A stretch of 64,000 nt of DNA from Alphaproteobacteria bacterium (GTDB taxonomy: Bacteria; Pseudomonadota; Alphaproteobacteria; Bin95). The notes beneath the pieces were generated by a model that was not told the origin of the DNA, made no database searches, and saw only the letters and a list, made by a program, of their open reading frames with translations. The position numbers and the translations under genes are program-made. This document shows positions 9,439 through 24,409 of this stretch, piece by piece; positions within the stretch are counted from its first letter, which is position 1; each line of letters begins with the position of its first letter. Location: assembly GCA_965205265.1 (NCBI GenBank), contig CBDBGH010000003.1, positions 4,224,001 through 4,288,000 of the forward strand, in the 5' to 3' direction.

Positions 9439-10938
9439 TTACCCCGCCGGCCGCCACCGCAGCACCGGCTTGCGTGCCGCCTGGGTTTCGTCCAGCCGGC
9501 GCCTGGGCGCGTGGAACGGAGCCTCGGTCAGCGGGGCGCCGTTGTGGGCGCGTTCGGCGAGGCCGCGCATGATGGCGATGAAGCGGTCGAGGCTGGCGCG
9601 GGTCTCCGTTTCCGTCGGCTCGACCAGCATGGCGCCGTGGACCACCAGCGGGAAATAGACCGTCATCGGGTGCAGCCCCTCGTCGATCATCGCCTTGGCG
9701 ATGTCGAGCGTGGAAACGCCCGTGTCGCGGAGCGCGCGGTCGTCGAACAGCGCCTCGTGCATGGCGGGACCGGAATGGGCGAAGGGCGCGGAATAGACGT
9801 CCTCCAGCCGGCGCAGCAGGTAGTTCGCGTTCAGCACCGCATCGCCCGAGACCTGCCGCAGCCCGTCCGCGCCGTGGCTCATCATGTAGGCGAGCGCGCG
9901 CACGAACATGCCCATCTGGCCGTGGAAGGCCTTCATCCGCCCGAAGGCCCGGCCGTCCGCCTCCTCCAGCCGCAGGACCCCGTCTTCCTCGACGATGCGC
10001 GGCACCGGCGCGTAGGGCGCCAGCGCCTCGGAGAACACCACGGGCCCCGAGCCCGGCCCGCCGCCGCCATGCGGGGTCGAGAAGGTCTTGTGCAGGTTGA
10101 TGTGCATGGCATCGACGCCGAGGTCTCCCGGCCGGACCCGCCCGACAATGGCGTTGAAATTCGCCCCGTCGCAATAGAAGTAGCCGCCCGCGGCGTGTAC
10201 CGCGTCGGCAATGCGGCGGATGTCGTTCTCGAACACGCCGCAGGTGTTGGGGTTGGTGAGCATGACGGCGGCCACGCTACCCTCGCCGGCCAGCGCCTCG
10301 AAGCGTTCCGGATCGACGCGGCCGCGTTCGTCCTCCGGGATCGAAACGACCTCGAAGCCGAGCGCCGCAGCGGTGGCCGGGTTGGTGCCATGCGCGGAAT
10401 CCGGCACCAGCACGCGCCTGCGGTCCGCATTCGCCGCCCCGCCCGCCTCCAGCGCAGCCCGGATCGCCATCATGCCGCAGAGCTCGCCATGCGCGCCCGC
10501 GCCGGGCGTCAGCGCCACGCCCGGCATGCCGGTCAGCATCGAGAGCCAGCGCTGCACCTCCCGGCAGAGCGCCAGCGCCCCCTGCACCGTGCTCTCCGGC
10601 TGGAGGGGGTGGATGTCCGCGAAGCCGGGCAGCCGCGCCATGCGCTCGTTCAGGCGCGGATTGTGCTTCATCGTGCAGGAGCCGAGCGGGAAGAGGCCCG
10701 TGTCGATGCCGTAGTTCTTCTGCGAGAGCCGCGTGTAGTGCCGCACGACCGTAGGCTCCGCCAGGCTCGGCAGCCCGATGGGGCCGGAGCGCGCCAGGCC
10801 GCCCAACCGGTCGGGGCCCGCATCCGCCTCCGGCCAGTCCACGCCCAGCGCGCCCGGGCTGTCCTGCTCGAAGATCAGAGGCTCCTCGATGCTGAGCCCG
10901 TAATCGCCGGAGACCGTGTCGCGGGAGTTGCCGGTCAT
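9439..10938 (-). CDS. gcvPB: Glycine dehydrogenase (decarboxylating) subunit 2
   Basis: [39 protein letters not shown] (PLP lysine). Confidence 0.97.
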   Translation of the reverse strand: MTGNSRDTVSGDYGLSIEEPLIFEQDSPGALGVDWPEADAGPDRLGGLARSGPIGLPSLAEPTVVRHYTRLSQKNYGIDTGLFPLGSCTMKHNPRLNERMARLPGFADIHPLQPESTVQGALALCREVQRWLSMLTGMPGVALTPGAGAHGELCGMMAIRAALEAGGAANADRRRVLVPDSAHGTNPATAAALGFEVVSIPEDERGRVDPERFEALAGEGSVAAVMLTNPNTCGVFENDIRRIADAVHAAGGYFYCDGANFNAIVGRVRPGDLGVDAMHINLHKTFSTPHGGGGPGSGPVVFSEALAPYAPVPRIVEEDGVLRLEEADGRAFGRMKAFHGQMGMFVRALAYMMSHGADGLRQVSGDAVLNANYLLRRLEDVYSAPFAHSGPAMHEALFDDRALRDTGVSTLDIAKAMIDEGLHPMTVYFPLVVHGAMLVEPTETETRASLDRFIAIMRGLAERAHNGAPLTEAPFHAPRRRLDETQAARKPVLRWRPAG

Positions 10939-12254
10939 GACAAAGCCTCCGCCAGGGCGTCGAGATCCCCGGCGTCCGCCGTCTCGGTCACCGCGACCAG
11001 CAGCAGGTCGTCCAGCCCCGCGCCCGGATGGAGGCGCGAGACCGGCACGCCTGCGAGGATGCCCTCCTCCGCAAGCCTTTCGACCGCTTCCGCCGCATCG
11101 CCGTCGAGGCGGACGGTGAATTCGTTGAAGAAATGCGGGGTCACGACCCGCGCGCCGAGCCGGTCCGCCAGCGAGACGGCGCCCGCATGGTTGAGCGCCG
11201 CCAAGCGTTTCAGCCCGGTTTCGCCGAGCAGGGTCAGATGGATGGTGAAGGCGAGCGCGCAGAGGCCCGAATTGGTGCAGATGTTGCTGGTCGCGCGTTC
11301 GCGGCGGATATGCTGCTCGCGCGTCGCCAGGGTCAGCACATAGCCGCGCCGGCCCTCGGCATCCACGGTCTCGCCGCAGAGCCGGCCCGGCATCTGGCGC
11401 ATATGGCGCGTGCGGGCCGCGAACAGGCCGAGATGCGGGCCGCCGAAACTCATCGCATTGCCGATCGACTGGCCTTCCGCCGCCACGATGTCGGCCCCCA
11501 TCTCCCCGGGCGACCGGAGCGCGCCCAGCGCCACGACTTCGGTGACGACGACCACCAGCAGCGCGCCCTTCGCATGCGCCGCTTCCGCCAGCTCCGAGAG
11601 GTCCCCGACATTGCCGAACAGGTCCGGATACTGGACGACCACGCAGGAGGTCTCCTCGTCGATCCGCGACGCCAGGTCCTCGCCGCCGGCCGGCATGGGC
11701 GGGGCGGCTTCGAGCCGGAAGCCCTGGAAGCGCGCGAGCGTCGCGGCCGTGTCGCGGTAATGCGGGTGGAGATTGCCGGAGACCACCGCCTTCGAGCGCC
11801 GGGTGACGCGGTTCGCCATCATGACGGCCTCGGCCGTGGCGGTCGCGCCGTCATACATGGAGGCGTTGGCGACCTCCATGCCGGTCAGCAGGCACACCTG
11901 GGTCTGGAACTCGAACAGGTATTGCAGCGTGCCCTGGGCGATTTCCGGCTGGTAGGGCGTGTAGGAGGTGAGGAACTCGCCGCGCTGGATCAGGTAGTCC
12001 ACGGATGCCGGGATGTGGTGGCGGTAGCTGCCGGCCCCGCAGAAGAAGGGGCCCGCGCCCGCCGCCCGGTTCCGCCCTGCGAGGCGGGAGAGCCGCCTTT
12101 CGACCTCGAACTCGCTTGCATGGCGGGGCAGGTCCACCGGCTCCGCCAGCAAGGCATCCTCCGGCACATCCGAGAACAGGGCCTCGACCGACGGCGCGCC
12201 GATGGCCCGGAGCATCCCGCTGCGGTCGGCGCCGGTGATCGGCAGGTAGCGCAT
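10935..12254 (-). CDS. gcvPA: Glycine dehydrogenase (decarboxylating) subunit 1
   Basis: Start reassigned to MRYLP (ATG at 12254). [37 protein letters not shown]. Confidence 0.96.
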   Translation of the reverse strand: MRYLPITGADRSGMLRAIGAPSVEALFSDVPEDALLAEPVDLPRHASEFEVERRLSRLAGRNRAAGAGPFFCGAGSYRHHIPASVDYLIQRGEFLTSYTPYQPEIAQGTLQYLFEFQTQVCLLTGMEVANASMYDGATATAEAVMMANRVTRRSKAVVSGNLHPHYRDTAATLARFQGFRLEAAPPMPAGGEDLASRIDEETSCVVVQYPDLFGNVGDLSELAEAAHAKGALLVVVVTEVVALGALRSPGEMGADIVAAEGQSIGNAMSFGGPHLGLFAARTRHMRQMPGRLCGETVDAEGRRGYVLTLATREQHIRRERATSNICTNSGLCALAFTIHLTLLGETGLKRLAALNHAGAVSLADRLGARVVTPHFFNEFTVRLDGDAAEAVERLAEEGILAGVPVSRLHPGAGLDDLLLVAVTETADAGDLDALAEALS

Positions 12255-12634
12255 CAGTCGAGGTCCTCGACGAACGCCTGATAGGCCTCTTCGTCCATCA
12301 GCTCGTCCAGCTCGCCTTCGTCGCCGATCTCCATGCGGAAGAACCAGCCCTGGTCCTCGGCGGATTCGTTGACGAGGTCGGGCGATTCCTCCAGCCGGTC
12401 GTTGACCGCAACGATGGTGCCCGTGACCGGCGCATAGACATCGCTGGCGGCCTTGGTGCTCTCGACCACCGCGGCCTCGCCGTCGCGTGCGATCTCCGCG
12501 CCGACCTCCGGCAGTTCGACATAGACGACATCGCCCAGCTGCGACTGGGCGTAGTCGGTGATGCCGCAGACCGCAACGCCGTCCTCCATCCGTACCCATT
12601 CATGTTCGCGCGTGTAGTAGGTCGTGACTGCCAT
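12254..12634 (-). CDS. gcvH: Glycine cleavage system H protein
   Basis: [29 protein letters not shown] lipoyl-lysine motif. Confidence 0.97.
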   Translation of the reverse strand: MAVTTYYTREHEWVRMEDGVAVCGITDYAQSQLGDVVYVELPEVGAEIARDGEAAVVESTKAASDVYAPVTGTIVAVNDRLEESPDLVNESAEDQGWFFRMEIGDEGELDELMDEEAYQAFVEDLD

Positions 12635-12642
12635 CGGACTTC

Positions 12643-13722
12643 TCAGCCTCGGAAATAGTTGTGGGGAACGAAGGGAAGGCGGACGACCCGTCCGGGCCGC
12701 GGCTTCCCGCGGATATCGAAGGCGATCTCCGTGCCGGGCGCGGTCAGCCCGACCGGCAGATAGCCCATGGCGACCGGGCCGCCGAGCACCGGCGAGAAAC
12801 CGCCGCTGGCCACCCAGCCGACCGGCTCTCCGGAGCCGTCGAGCACATCGGAGCCCTCGCGCGTAATGACCCGGCCCTCGGGCCTCATGCCGACGCGGCG
12901 CCGGGCGGGAGGATTGTCGAGAATGCGGGCCGCGCCGGGGAAGCCGCGCTCCTCGCGCCGGCGCTTCGGCACGGTCCAGCCGAGGCCGGCTTCGAGCGGC
13001 GTCGTGTCCTCGTCGAGGTCCCGCCCGTAGAGGCAGAGGCCCGCTTCCAGCCTGAGCGAGTTGCGCGCATCGAGCCCCGCCCAGGCGACCGCCTCATGGG
13101 CGAGCAGCTGCCCGGCGAGCGCTTCGGCGTCGGCACCGGCGACCGACAGCTCGAAACCGTCCTCGCCCGTATAGCCCGAGCGCGAGACGCGGGCCGGCAC
13201 GCCGCAGGCCTCGCCCTCGCGCCAGGCCATGAACGGCAGATCCGCGAAATCCGGCAGCACCGCCGCCGCCGCCGGCCCCTGCAGGGCGAGCAGCGCGCGG
13301 TCCGGCTCCGGCACGATATCCACCCTGCCGCCGAGATGGCTGCGAAGATGCTCCGTGTCGCTTTTCCTGCGCGCGGCGTTGACCACGAGTCCGAGGCCGC
13401 CCGGAATGCGCGAGACGATCAGATCGTCCAGGATGCCGCCGTTCTCCAGGGTGAAGAGGGTGTAGCGCATGGCGCCCTCGCCGAGGCCCCGGATATCGCC
13501 CGGCACGAGCGTCTCCAGCGCCTCGTCGGCGCCCTCGCCCATCAGCCGCAGCTGGCCCATATGGCTGACATCGAACAGCGCCGCCCGGTTGCGGGCCTGG
13601 TTGTGCTCGGCGACGCTGCCCTCCGGATAGCGCAGCGGCATGTCGTAGCCCACGAAAGGCTCCATGCGCGCGCCGGCGGCGAGGTGCATGGCGTGAAGCG
13701 GGGTCTTGATCAGTTCGGCCAT
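12643..13722 (-). CDS. gcvT: Glycine cleavage aminomethyltransferase T
   Basis: KTPLH, LFDVSHMG, SRSGYTGEDGFE, LRLEAGLCLYG. Confidence 0.96.
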   Translation of the reverse strand: MAELIKTPLHAMHLAAGARMEPFVGYDMPLRYPEGSVAEHNQARNRAALFDVSHMGQLRLMGEGADEALETLVPGDIRGLGEGAMRYTLFTLENGGILDDLIVSRIPGGLGLVVNAARRKSDTEHLRSHLGGRVDIVPEPDRALLALQGPAAAAVLPDFADLPFMAWREGEACGVPARVSRSGYTGEDGFELSVAGADAEALAGQLLAHEAVAWAGLDARNSLRLEAGLCLYGRDLDEDTTPLEAGLGWTVPKRRREERGFPGAARILDNPPARRRVGMRPEGRVITREGSDVLDGSGEPVGWVASGGFSPVLGGPVAMGYLPVGLTAPGTEIAFDIRGKPRPGRVVRLPFVPHNYFRG

Positions 13723-13769
13723 CGACGGACCCTCCGGCTTCCGGGCCGGCCCTCGCGGCCTGCCCGTCT

Positions 13770-13940
13770 GCCCCCTCTGTCCGTCCGACCTGAAAGATTC
13801 CGGCTCAGCCGTTACATCTTCGGTGGGGCGTATGCGCCCGCTTTCCAGAGTTGCCTCCCCGCGCGGTCCGGGTGCCTGAGAGTTTCCGGGGCGGTTGCTC
13901 CTTCGGCGCCGGCCCTGATCGCCGGACTCTCCCGCGCAGA
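13770..13940 (-). promoter_or_regulatory. Tandem glycine riboswitch
   Basis: Minus strand aptamer 1 GGGAGAG...CGCCGAAGGAGCAACCGCCCCGGAAACTCTCAGG and aptamer 2 CTCTGGAAAG...CACCGAAGATG...AATCTTTCAGG...GGACAGAGGGG, directly upstream of gcvT. Confidence 0.93.
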
Positions 13941-13980
13941 TCGACGGCGGGAGGATGGTGGCAGAGGCCGCGCCGGCTTG

Positions 13981-14799
13981 TCAATGCGCCATGAACACCG
14001 GGAGCTCGGCATTGAACAGGATATGGTTGGTCGGCCCGCCGAACAGCGCCTGGCGCAGCCGGCCGCGGGTGTAGCCGCCTTTGAGCAGCAGGTCGGCGCC
14101 GCGTTCGGCCGCCACTTCCAGGGTCTTGTGGCCGCTCTCCCCGAGCCCCGCTTCGACGACCAGCGAGCCGGCTTCGATGCCCTCGCGACGAAGCTGGCGC
14201 GCGACCGCCTCGCCGGTCGGTCCCGGCACCGTCATGCCCGTCACGGTCAGCACCGTCACCTGCTCGGCAAGGCGCAGCAGGTCGAGCGCGGCGCGGATGG
14301 TGCGGGCGGTTTCCGAGGAGCCGTTCCATGCGATCAGTATGTTGCTGCCGAACGCGGCCGGCGGTCCGGACGGCACGGCCAGTATTGCCTGGCCGCTGTC
14401 GAACAGCGCCGTCTCGAGCGTGCCGAGAGAGGGTCCGCTGGAGCCTTTCACCGGCCGGCCGACCACCACGACATCATACACGCGGGCATGGTTGCCGAGA
14501 TTGTCGAGGCCCGTTTCGCTCTCCGACCAGACAGCCCGGTCGCCGAGTCCGGCGGCTTCGGCAAAGGCGTCGAACCGCCGCCGCGCCTCGGCGGCGCGGC
14601 GGTCGTCCTCGCGCTCGAAGCGCTCAACGAGCGCCGGCAGCGCGGCGCCGCTGTCGTCGGTCGCCATGATGGCGGAGGGGTCGGTGTGGAAATGGGCGGC
14701 CTCCAGCCAGCCGTCGATGCGGGCGCGCAGGCACTCGGCGGCGGCAAGCACGCTCTCCAATGTGTCCAGGTCGTTGGTCGGCACCAGAATCGATTTCAT
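13981..14799 (-). CDS. Universal stress protein (tandem Usp domains)
   Basis: MKSILVP start, ILIAWNGS, ADLLLKGGY..GRLRQALFGGPT. Confidence 0.88.
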   Translation of the reverse strand: MKSILVPTNDLDTLESVLAAAECLRARIDGWLEAAHFHTDPSAIMATDDSGAALPALVERFEREDDRRAAEARRRFDAFAEAAGLGDRAVWSESETGLDNLGNHARVYDVVVVGRPVKGSSGPSLGTLETALFDSGQAILAVPSGPPAAFGSNILIAWNGSSETARTIRAALDLLRLAEQVTVLTVTGMTVPGPTGEAVARQLRREGIEAGSLVVEAGLGESGHKTLEVAAERGADLLLKGGYTRGRLRQALFGGPTNHILFNAELPVFMAH

Positions 14800-14926
14800 C
14801 GTCTCGTCCTCGCTTCGCCGGTAGCGGCGGCCGGCGGGGTGACAAACCGCTCGTCATGGGCCAGTCTCGCGACGGGACCCGCGGGCGGCGCGCGCCCGCA
14901 GTATCGCAGCAAAGAGGAAGATGCGC

Positions 14927-15100
14927 ATGACGGACTTGCAGGACCGCCGGGCGGCGCTAGCGGCCCGGCATGCTGCGCTCGACGACGAGATCCGCGCCCT
15001 TGAAAACAATCCCTCCGCCGACGACCTGCAATTGCAGACGCTCAAGAAACGCAAGCTGGCGCTGAAGGATGAAATTGCAGCCCTGGAGCGTTCCGGCTGA
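14927..15100 (+). CDS. DUF465/YdcH family small coiled-coil protein
   Basis: Below the ORF-track cutoff. MTDLQDRRAALAARHAALDDEI...LKKRKLALKDEIAALE after a GAGGAAG RBS; alternative ATG at 14921. Confidence 0.85.
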   Translation: MTDLQDRRAALAARHAALDDEIRALENNPSADDLQLQTLKKRKLALKDEIAALERSG

Positions 15101-15171
15101 CGGCCGCCTTGCCGGCGCGCGGCTGAACCCGCCGGCGGCCGAACTGTCCGGCCGGCATCGGAAGGGCCGGG

Positions 15172-16794
15172 ATGGACCATCCGAGCTATCTCGCTGACGT
15201 TCTGATCTTCCTGCTCGCGGCGGTTGTCGCGGTGCCGCTGTTCCGCCGTCTCGGGCTTGCGGCGGTGCTCGGTTATATCGGCGCCGGCGCCGTCATCGGC
15301 CCCCATGCGCTCGGTCTGGTCGAACGGATCGACAGCGCCCGCGCGCTGGCGGAGTTCGGCGTCGTCTTCCTGTTGTTCACGGTCGGGCTGGAGCTGCCGC
15401 TCGACCGCCTGCGCGCGCTCGGGGGCGGCAAATTCGCGCTTGGCCTGCTGCAGGTGCTGCTCACCATGGCGGTGTTCTCCGGGGCGGGCATCGCCTTCGG
15501 GCTGCCGCCCCAGGCCGCTGTGGTCGTAGCCGCGGCGCTCGCGCTTTCCTCGACCGCCATGGTGCTGCAGCTGCTGGCCGAGCGGGGCGAGCTGACGAGC
15601 CAGGCGGGACGGTCCGCCTTCGCCGTGCTTCTGGTCCAGGACATAGCCGTCGGTCCGCTGCTGGTCATCACGCTGGTGCTCGGCGGCGCGCCGGAGGCGA
15701 TTGCCGAAGCGCTTTTCTGGTCGGTGCTGAAGGCGCTGGCGGCCGTCATCGGCATCCTGGCGGTCGGACGCTGGGTGGTGCGTCCCATTTACGGGCCGCT
15801 CTCCGAAGGCGGCCAGATCGAAACCTTCACCGCGCTCACCCTGCTGATCGTGCTGGCGACGGGCCTCGCCACCGAGCTCGCCGGCCTCTCGATGGCCTTC
15901 GGCGCCTTCCTTGCCGGCATGCTGCTGGCCGATACCCGCCACCGCCACCAGGTCGCGGCCGTCATCCAGCCCTTCCGCGGCCTGCTGCTCGGGCTCTTTT
16001 TCATGACGGTCGGCATGGCGATCGACGCGGGCGGAGTGGCATCTCGGGCCGGCGCGCTGGCGGCCGTCGTGGTCGGCCTGCTGGCGGTCAAGACTGCGGT
16101 TGCCGCCGCAATCGGGGCTGCGCTCGGCATGCCGAGGGGGCGGGCGATCTATGTCGGACTGCTGCTGGCGGGCAGCGGCGAGTTCGGCTTCGTGCTGCTG
16201 GGCGCGGCGGTCGGGCGCTCGCTTCTGGACAGTCCGGATGCGCAGCTCCTCGGCATGGCGATCACGCTCTCCATGGCGGCGACCCCGCTGCTGGCATTCG
16301 CCGGGCGCCGCGCCTTGCCCGACATCGCGCAGGAATCCGGGGAGCGGGTCGAGGCCGCAGGGCCGCATTCGGGCCATATCGTCGTCGCCGGCTTCGGCCG
16401 CGCCGGCCGCGAATGCGCGGCCCAGTTGCGCGAGGCGGGCCGGCTGCCGGTTGGCATCGATATCCATGCGGACAACATCACCGCGGGCCGCCGGCTGGGT
16501 TTCGAGGTGTTCCACGGCGATGCGGCCCGTCCGGAAGTGCTGGAGGCGGCCGGCGTCGAGAATGCCAGCGCGGTTATCGTGGCGTTCAACGACCCCAGGC
16601 GCGCCGTCACCATCGTCGGCCAGCTGCGCTACATTTTCCCGCACCTGCGCATCGTCGCCCGCGCCCATGACGAGCACTGGGCGGAAGAGCTGCGCCGGGT
16701 GGGGGCGGACACGGTCGCGGTGGAAATGCAGGGCGTGGCGGACAAGCTCGCCGGCTCCATCGATGACGCGGAGCCCGAGCCGAAGGCCGGGTGA
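15172..16794 (+). CDS. CPA2 family cation:proton antiporter (KefB/KefC-like) with TrkA-N domain
   Basis: Many TM helices, [26 protein letters not shown]-terminal AGFGRAG and GDA motifs. Confidence 0.9.
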   Translation: MDHPSYLADVLIFLLAAVVAVPLFRRLGLAAVLGYIGAGAVIGPHALGLVERIDSARALAEFGVVFLLFTVGLELPLDRLRALGGGKFALGLLQVLLTMAVFSGAGIAFGLPPQAAVVVAAALALSSTAMVLQLLAERGELTSQAGRSAFAVLLVQDIAVGPLLVITLVLGGAPEAIAEALFWSVLKALAAVIGILAVGRWVVRPIYGPLSEGGQIETFTALTLLIVLATGLATELAGLSMAFGAFLAGMLLADTRHRHQVAAVIQPFRGLLLGLFFMTVGMAIDAGGVASRAGALAAVVVGLLAVKTAVAAAIGAALGMPRGRAIYVGLLLAGSGEFGFVLLGAAVGRSLLDSPDAQLLGMAITLSMAATPLLAFAGRRALPDIAQESGERVEAAGPHSGHIVVAGFGRAGRECAAQLREAGRLPVGIDIHADNITAGRRLGFEVFHGDAARPEVLEAAGVENASAVIVAFNDPRRAVTIVGQLRYIFPHLRIVARAHDEHWAEELRRVGADTVAVEMQGVADKLAGSIDDAEPEPKAG

Positions 16795-16876
16795 GGAGTT
16801 CGGGAAGCGGCGGTTGCCGGTTCGGGCGCTTTGGTATAGACAACGCCGCTGCCAGATATCCGGAAGAGGACGCCCG

Positions 16877-17065
16877 ATGGCCGTTCCGAAGAAGAAGGTG
16901 AGCCGGTCGCGCCGCGACAAGCGCCGTTCCCACCACCGTCTGGGTGCCGAAACGCATGTCGAATGCCCGAATTGCGGCGAACGGACGCGCCCGCATCATG
17001 TTTGCGCACATTGCGGCTATTACCGCGGCCGCGAGGTCGTCGTAGCCAGAGACGAAGCCGCCTAA
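16877..17065 (+). CDS. rpmF: 50S ribosomal protein L32
   Basis: [35 protein letters not shown]; embedded at the end of track ORF 16100..17065. Confidence 0.96.
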   Translation: MAVPKKKVSRSRRDKRRSHHRLGAETHVECPNCGERTRPHHVCAHCGYYRGREVVVARDEAA

Positions 17066-17072
17066 GGCTCCT

Positions 17073-18110
17073 GTGCCCGATCCCATCGTCATTGCGCTCG
17101 ACGGCATGGGCGGAGACCGGGCGCCCGATATCGTGCTTCGGGGCGCAGCCCTGGCCGGCGAACGCTACCCGGAAGTGCATTTTCAGGTCCACGGCGACCC
17201 GGCGCGGATGGAACGCGGCCTCGCGAAGATGAAGGCGCTCGGCGACCGGATCGAGCTGCATCCGGCCGAAAAGGTCATCGCCGACGACGCCAGGCCCTCC
17301 TCGGCGATTCGCGGCGGCGAGGGCTCGTCGATGTGGAACGCCGTGGCGAAGGTGCGCGACGGCCAGGCCGCCGGCATCGTTTCGGCCGGCAATACCGGCG
17401 CGCTGATGGCGGTTTCCAAGTTCCTGCTGCGCACGCCTCCGGGCGTCGGCCGGCCCGCGATCTGCTCCATCATGCCGACCTTGCGGGCCGAAATCGCCAT
17501 GCTCGACCTCGGCGCGAATATCGAATGCGACGGCGAAAACCTGTTCCAGTTCGCGGTCATGGGCGCCGCGTTCGCTTCGGCGGTTCTGGACCGGCGCCCG
17601 ACGGTCGGCCTGCTGAATGTCGGCCAGGAGGAGCTGAAGGGGGGCTCGGCCCTGCGCGACGCCGCCGCCAGGCTCCGCGCCGTTGCCGATCCGGGCTTCG
17701 ACTTCAAGGGTTTCATCGAGGGCGACGACATAACCGGCGGCGCGGTCGATGTGGTGGTGACCGACGGATTCACCGGAAATGTCGCTCTCAAGGCGCTGGA
17801 AGGTTCGGCGCGGCTCTACAGTGCGGCGCTCCGGCGCGCGGTGAGGAGTTCGCTCGCCGGCATGGCGGGTTTCTGGCTGGCGCGGCGGGCGCTCGACAAG
17901 GTGCGCGACCGTTTCGATCCGCGCCGCTACAACGGCGCTGTGTTCGTCGGGCTGAACGGCATCGTCGTCAAGGCCCACGGCAGTTCGGACGCTTTCTCGT
18001 TCGCCAATGCGATCGGCTTTGCGGTCGATATGAGCCGCCACGGTTTCCTCGAGGATGTCCGCTCGGCCTTCGAACGCATGGCGCCGCCGGTGGCGGCAAC
18101 GGCCTCTTGA
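17073..18110 (+). CDS. plsX: Phosphate acyltransferase PlsX
   Basis: [36 protein letters not shown]. Confidence 0.96.
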   Translation: MPDPIVIALDGMGGDRAPDIVLRGAALAGERYPEVHFQVHGDPARMERGLAKMKALGDRIELHPAEKVIADDARPSSAIRGGEGSSMWNAVAKVRDGQAAGIVSAGNTGALMAVSKFLLRTPPGVGRPAICSIMPTLRAEIAMLDLGANIECDGENLFQFAVMGAAFASAVLDRRPTVGLLNVGQEELKGGSALRDAAARLRAVADPGFDFKGFIEGDDITGGAVDVVVTDGFTGNVALKALEGSARLYSAALRRAVRSSLAGMAGFWLARRALDKVRDRFDPRRYNGAVFVGLNGIVVKAHGSSDAFSFANAIGFAVDMSRHGFLEDVRSAFERMAPPVAATAS

Positions 18111-19072
18111 CCGGACCGCGGGCGCAATTCCGGGGCGTCGGCGCCTATCTGCCGGAGCGTATCGTCACCAATGACGAGCTCGCGGCCTGCATGGACACCT
18201 CCGACGCCTGGATCCGCGAACGCACCGGCATCCGCGAGCGGCGGATCGCGGCGCCGGACGAAAAGACCTCGGACCTCGCGCTCGAAGCATCGAGGCGCGC
18301 GCTCGCTGCCGCCGGAAGGGACGCCTGCGAACTCGACCTGATCGTGCTCGCCACCGCGACGCCGGACCGGACGTTTCCCTCCACGGCGACGGCGGTCCAG
18401 GCCGGGCTGGGCATGACGGAGGGCGCCGCTTTCGATGTCCAGGCGGTCTGCTCCGGGTTCATCTATGCGCTTGCCGTGGCGGACAATTTTATCCGCGCCG
18501 GCCAGTCGCGAAGCGCGCTGGTGATCGGCGCCGAGACCTTTTCCCGGATCCTGGACTGGAACGAGCGCGAGACCAGCGTGCTCTTCGGCGACGGCGCCGG
18601 CGCGGTGGTGCTGGAAGCCTGCGAGGATGATCCGCGTCACCTCCTGTCCACCCATCTGCATTCGGACGGGCGCCATGGCGACATGCTCTATGTCGATGGC
18701 GGCCCGTCATCCACCCGGACCGTCGGGCATTTGCGGATGAAGGGGCGGGAAGTCTTCAAGCACGCGGTCACGAATCTCACCGAGGTCGTTGACGAGGCGC
18801 TGGCGGCTAACGGCCTCGGGCCCGAGGCCATCGACTGGATCGTGCCGCATCAGGCCAATCTGCGCATCCTGCGCGCCACCGGACGCAAGCTCGGCATCGG
18901 CGAAGACCGGGTGATCGTGACGGTGGACCGCCACGCCAACACTTCGGCCGCCTCGATTCCCCTGGCGCTGGCGGCCGGTGTCGGGGACGGGCGGATCTCG
19001 GAAGGCGACATGCTGCTGCTCGAGGCCATGGGCGGCGGTTTCACCTGGGGCGCGGCGCTCGCCCGATGGTGA
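18107..19072 (+). CDS. fabH: 3-oxoacyl-ACP synthase III
   Basis: TTG start overlapping the plsX stop. AVCSGF, FGDGAGA, PHQAN, NTSAAS, GGGFTWG. Confidence 0.95.
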   Translation: MTGPRAQFRGVGAYLPERIVTNDELAACMDTSDAWIRERTGIRERRIAAPDEKTSDLALEASRRALAAAGRDACELDLIVLATATPDRTFPSTATAVQAGLGMTEGAAFDVQAVCSGFIYALAVADNFIRAGQSRSALVIGAETFSRILDWNERETSVLFGDGAGAVVLEACEDDPRHLLSTHLHSDGRHGDMLYVDGGPSSTRTVGHLRMKGREVFKHAVTNLTEVVDEALAANGLGPEAIDWIVPHQANLRILRATGRKLGIGEDRVIVTVDRHANTSAASIPLALAAGVGDGRISEGDMLLLEAMGGGFTWGAALARW

Positions 19073-19133
19073 GCATCGATGCCGCCTGCATCTGCGTTGA
19101 CCGGACATGCGCGTCCGGGTTAGCGTCCCCCGC

Positions 19134-19442
19134 ATGAGCGGCAGCACCCTGACCCGAGCCGACCTCTGCGAGGCGGTCTATCGCAATATCGGCCTTTCGC
19201 GCAGCGATTCGGCGATGCTCGTGGAAGCCGTTCTGGAAGAACTCGCCGAGGCGCTGGAAATCGAGGGCACGGTCAAGATCTCCTCCTTCGGCACGTTTAC
19301 CATGCGCATGAAAGGCGAGCGGACAGGACGCAACCCGCGCATCGGCGAAGAGGTCGCCATTCCGCCTCGCCGCGTGGTCGCGTTCCGCGCCTCGCAGGTG
19401 TTGAAGCAGCGCGTCAATGCGGGCGGCGCGGCGGCGGAGTAG
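19134..19442 (+). CDS. ihfA: Integration host factor alpha
   Basis: TLTRADL, VKISSFG, GRNP; conserved position after fabH. Confidence 0.9.
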   Translation: MSGSTLTRADLCEAVYRNIGLSRSDSAMLVEAVLEELAEALEIEGTVKISSFGTFTMRMKGERTGRNPRIGEEVAIPPRRVVAFRASQVLKQRVNAGGAAAE

Positions 19443-19454
19443 GCGCCGGCTGCC

Positions 19455-19772
19455 ATGGAAAAGCACCCGACTGCCTATCGCACGATATCGGAAGTCGCGC
19501 GAGAGGTTGGGCTCGAACCCCATGTGCTTCGTTTCTGGGAGAGCAAATTTCCACAATTGCAGCCGCTGAAACGGGCCGGCGGACGGCGCTATTACCGCCC
19601 TGAGGACGTGGATACGATTCTTGCCATTCGCGAGCTGCTGCACGAACGGCGCTTCACCATCGAAGGCGCGCGCCGGGCGCTTTCGGGGCAGGACGTGCCG
19701 GAATCCGAATTGCGGAGCATTCTGGAGGAGCTGCGGGATATCCGCGCGCTCATGGAGACAAACGTGGTATAG
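19455..19772 (+). CDS. MerR family transcriptional regulator
   Basis: YRTISEVA...HVLRFWE..F...RRYYRP; conserved after ihfA. Confidence 0.9.
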   Translation: MEKHPTAYRTISEVAREVGLEPHVLRFWESKFPQLQPLKRAGGRRYYRPEDVDTILAIRELLHERRFTIEGARRALSGQDVPESELRSILEELRDIRALMETNVV

Positions 19773-19875
19773 TCCGTCGTCCTGACAAGGCGGATTGCGT
19801 CGCGACCACGTCGCGTGACGTTGAACAAATACCCGAAAAGAGACGACGTGCCGTGACTAAGGAGTGTCGATTCGT

Positions 19876-20085
19876 ATGGCTACCGGTACCGTGAAGTGGT
19901 TCAACACGACCAAGGGATACGGGTTCATCGAACCCGACGAGGGCGGGGCCGATGTCTTCGTCCATATTTCGGCAGTGCAACGCGCCGGCCTCAATGCTCC
20001 GGCCGAGGGCCAGCGGATCAGCTATGAACTGCGCCGGGATCCGCGCAAGGGCAAATTCGCAGCCGACAACATCCAATTCGTCTGA
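19876..20085 (+). CDS. Cold-shock protein (CspA family)
   Basis: [16 protein letters not shown]...DVFVHIS; TAAGGAG RBS upstream. Confidence 0.95.
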   Translation: MATGTVKWFNTTKGYGFIEPDEGGADVFVHISAVQRAGLNAPAEGQRISYELRRDPRKGKFAADNIQFV

Positions 20086-20208
20086 TCGGTTCCCCGCGGC
20101 CCGCCGCCCGGGACGCCGGTGCGTTGACAGCGGCGGGCCGCGTTTCTAAATCTTGGCCGAAGGGCGGGACGCCTGCGGGCCGGCCTGCGATCTTTCGGGG
20201 AACGCTTC

Positions 20209-22880
<2,672 letters not shown>

Positions 22881-22902
<22 letters not shown>

Positions 22903-23540
22903 GCCCGCTCCCCCCGCCTGCCGACCCGGCCTTCCAGCGAAGGAAACGCCTGCCCTTGCCGCTCTCTCCGCCTGCGCCGCGCCGCCGCCACATCCACAGC
23001 CGCCAGGTCCGCTGCGAGGGTTTCCTGCGCGAGGACGGGCTCTGGGACCTGGAGGCCGAACTCGTCGATACCAAGACCTACGCCTTCGAGAACCACTGGC
23101 GCGGCAGGGTCGAGCCGGGCGTCCCGGTCCACCGGATGCGGGTGCGCCTCACCCTCGACGACCGCCTGACGATCCTCGCCGCCGAAGCCGAGACGCTGGA
23201 AAGCCCCTACGGCGTCTGCGCGGACGCCGCCGGGAACTTCTCCCGCCTTGTCGGGCTGCGGATCGGCCCGGGCTGGATGCGCCGGGTCAAGGAGCGCTAC
23301 GGCCGGACCGCCGGCTGCACGCATATCCTGGAATTGCTCTATCCGCTCGGCACCAGCGCCTACCAGACGCTCGGCCCCTGGCGGGAGCATCGGCGCCGCC
23401 AGGCCGGCATGAGCGAGGCGGAAAGCATGAAGGGCGGCCCCGGCCTCGATTCCTGCATGGCGTTCGCCCGGTCGAGTCCGGTGGTGGGCACGCTCTGGCC
23501 CGAGGAATACCGCGAGGCGGAGCCGGCCCGGCCGGGCTAG
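22881..23540 (+). CDS. DUF2889 domain protein (true start probably downstream, ~22956)
   Basis: H.R.V...GF.REDGLWD.E..L.DTK, VHRM, GCTHI.EL and DSC..F motifs. Confidence 0.8.
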
Positions 23541-23797
23541 CCGTCTTCCGCCCGGATCGACAGCGCATGCACCGGCCCCGCCATCTCTTCGGCGAGCACG
23601 CCATAGACGGCTTTCTGGCGGGCCACGCGGCTCATGCCGCGGAAAGCGCCGGCTACGATCTCAACGCGGAAATGCGATTCCCCGCCCGGCCGGGCGCCGA
23701 CATGGCCCGCGTGCAGGTGCGATTCGTCGATGACCTCAAGCCGGCTCGGCTCGAACGCCTCGCGGAGCTTGCGGGCGATATCGTCGCGGACAGGCAT
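23537..23797 (-). CDS. bolA: BolA family protein
   Basis: DESHLHAGH, ESHF, SRVARQK, VHALSI. Confidence 0.92.
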   Translation of the reverse strand: MPVRDDIARKLREAFEPSRLEVIDESHLHAGHVGARPGGESHFRVEIVAGAFRGMSRVARQKAVYGVLAEEMAGPVHALSIRAEDG

Positions 23798-23847
23798 GGC
23801 CCGGCCCCCTTGTTCCCTCGCTGCGGTGTTTCCATACTCCGGCGGTC

Positions 23848-24381
23848 ATGGTCTATCACACCCGACAGCGTCCCGCTTCCGGCGCCCGCTGCGAATGGCC
23901 GGGCTGTCCGGCGGCGGCCTCCCATCCGGCGCCGCGCGCCGCGGACCGGCTGCACGACTATGTCTGGTTCTGCCTCGACCATGTCCGCGCCTATAACCGC
24001 GAATGGAGCTTCTGCCCCGATATGGACCGGGCGGATATCGACGCGGCGGTGCGCAGCAGCCTGGAGCCCGGCGGGCGGCATGGCCGCTTCAGCGCCTCGC
24101 TGCACTTCGACGATCCGCTCGACATGTTCGGTGGAGCCGCCACCCGGATGCCATCTTCACGGCGCTGGCCGCCCGGAAGCCCGGAGGCGGAAGCGGCGGC
24201 GGCCATGGCGCTTTCCGACGACATGACTCTCCCCGCGCTGAAATCGCGCTATAAGGAACTGGTCAAGCACCACCATCCCGACGCCAATGGCGGCTGCCCG
24301 GCGTCGGAGGAACGAATGAAATCCATAACCCGTGCCTACCGGGTCCTGCACGAGGCGCTTTCGGCGGCGCCGGCCCGGTAA
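23848..24381 (+). CDS. DnaJ-domain protein (cobST-associated)
   Basis: [18 protein letters not shown]-terminus and C-terminal J domain with HHPD. Confidence 0.88.
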   Translation: MVYHTRQRPASGARCEWPGCPAAASHPAPRAADRLHDYVWFCLDHVRAYNREWSFCPDMDRADIDAAVRSSLEPGGRHGRFSASLHFDDPLDMFGGAATRMPSSRRWPPGSPEAEAAAAMALSDDMTLPALKSRYKELVKHHHPDANGGCPASEERMKSITRAYRVLHEALSAAPAR

Positions 24382-24409
24382 CCTGTCACCAAGCCGGTTG
24401 GAAAATCGC

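Noticed and set aside
19773-19875. tRNA-Pro, often found after ihfA-merR
   Set aside because: No T-loop GTTCRA or cloverleaf visible; probably the promoter and 5' UTR of the cold-shock gene.
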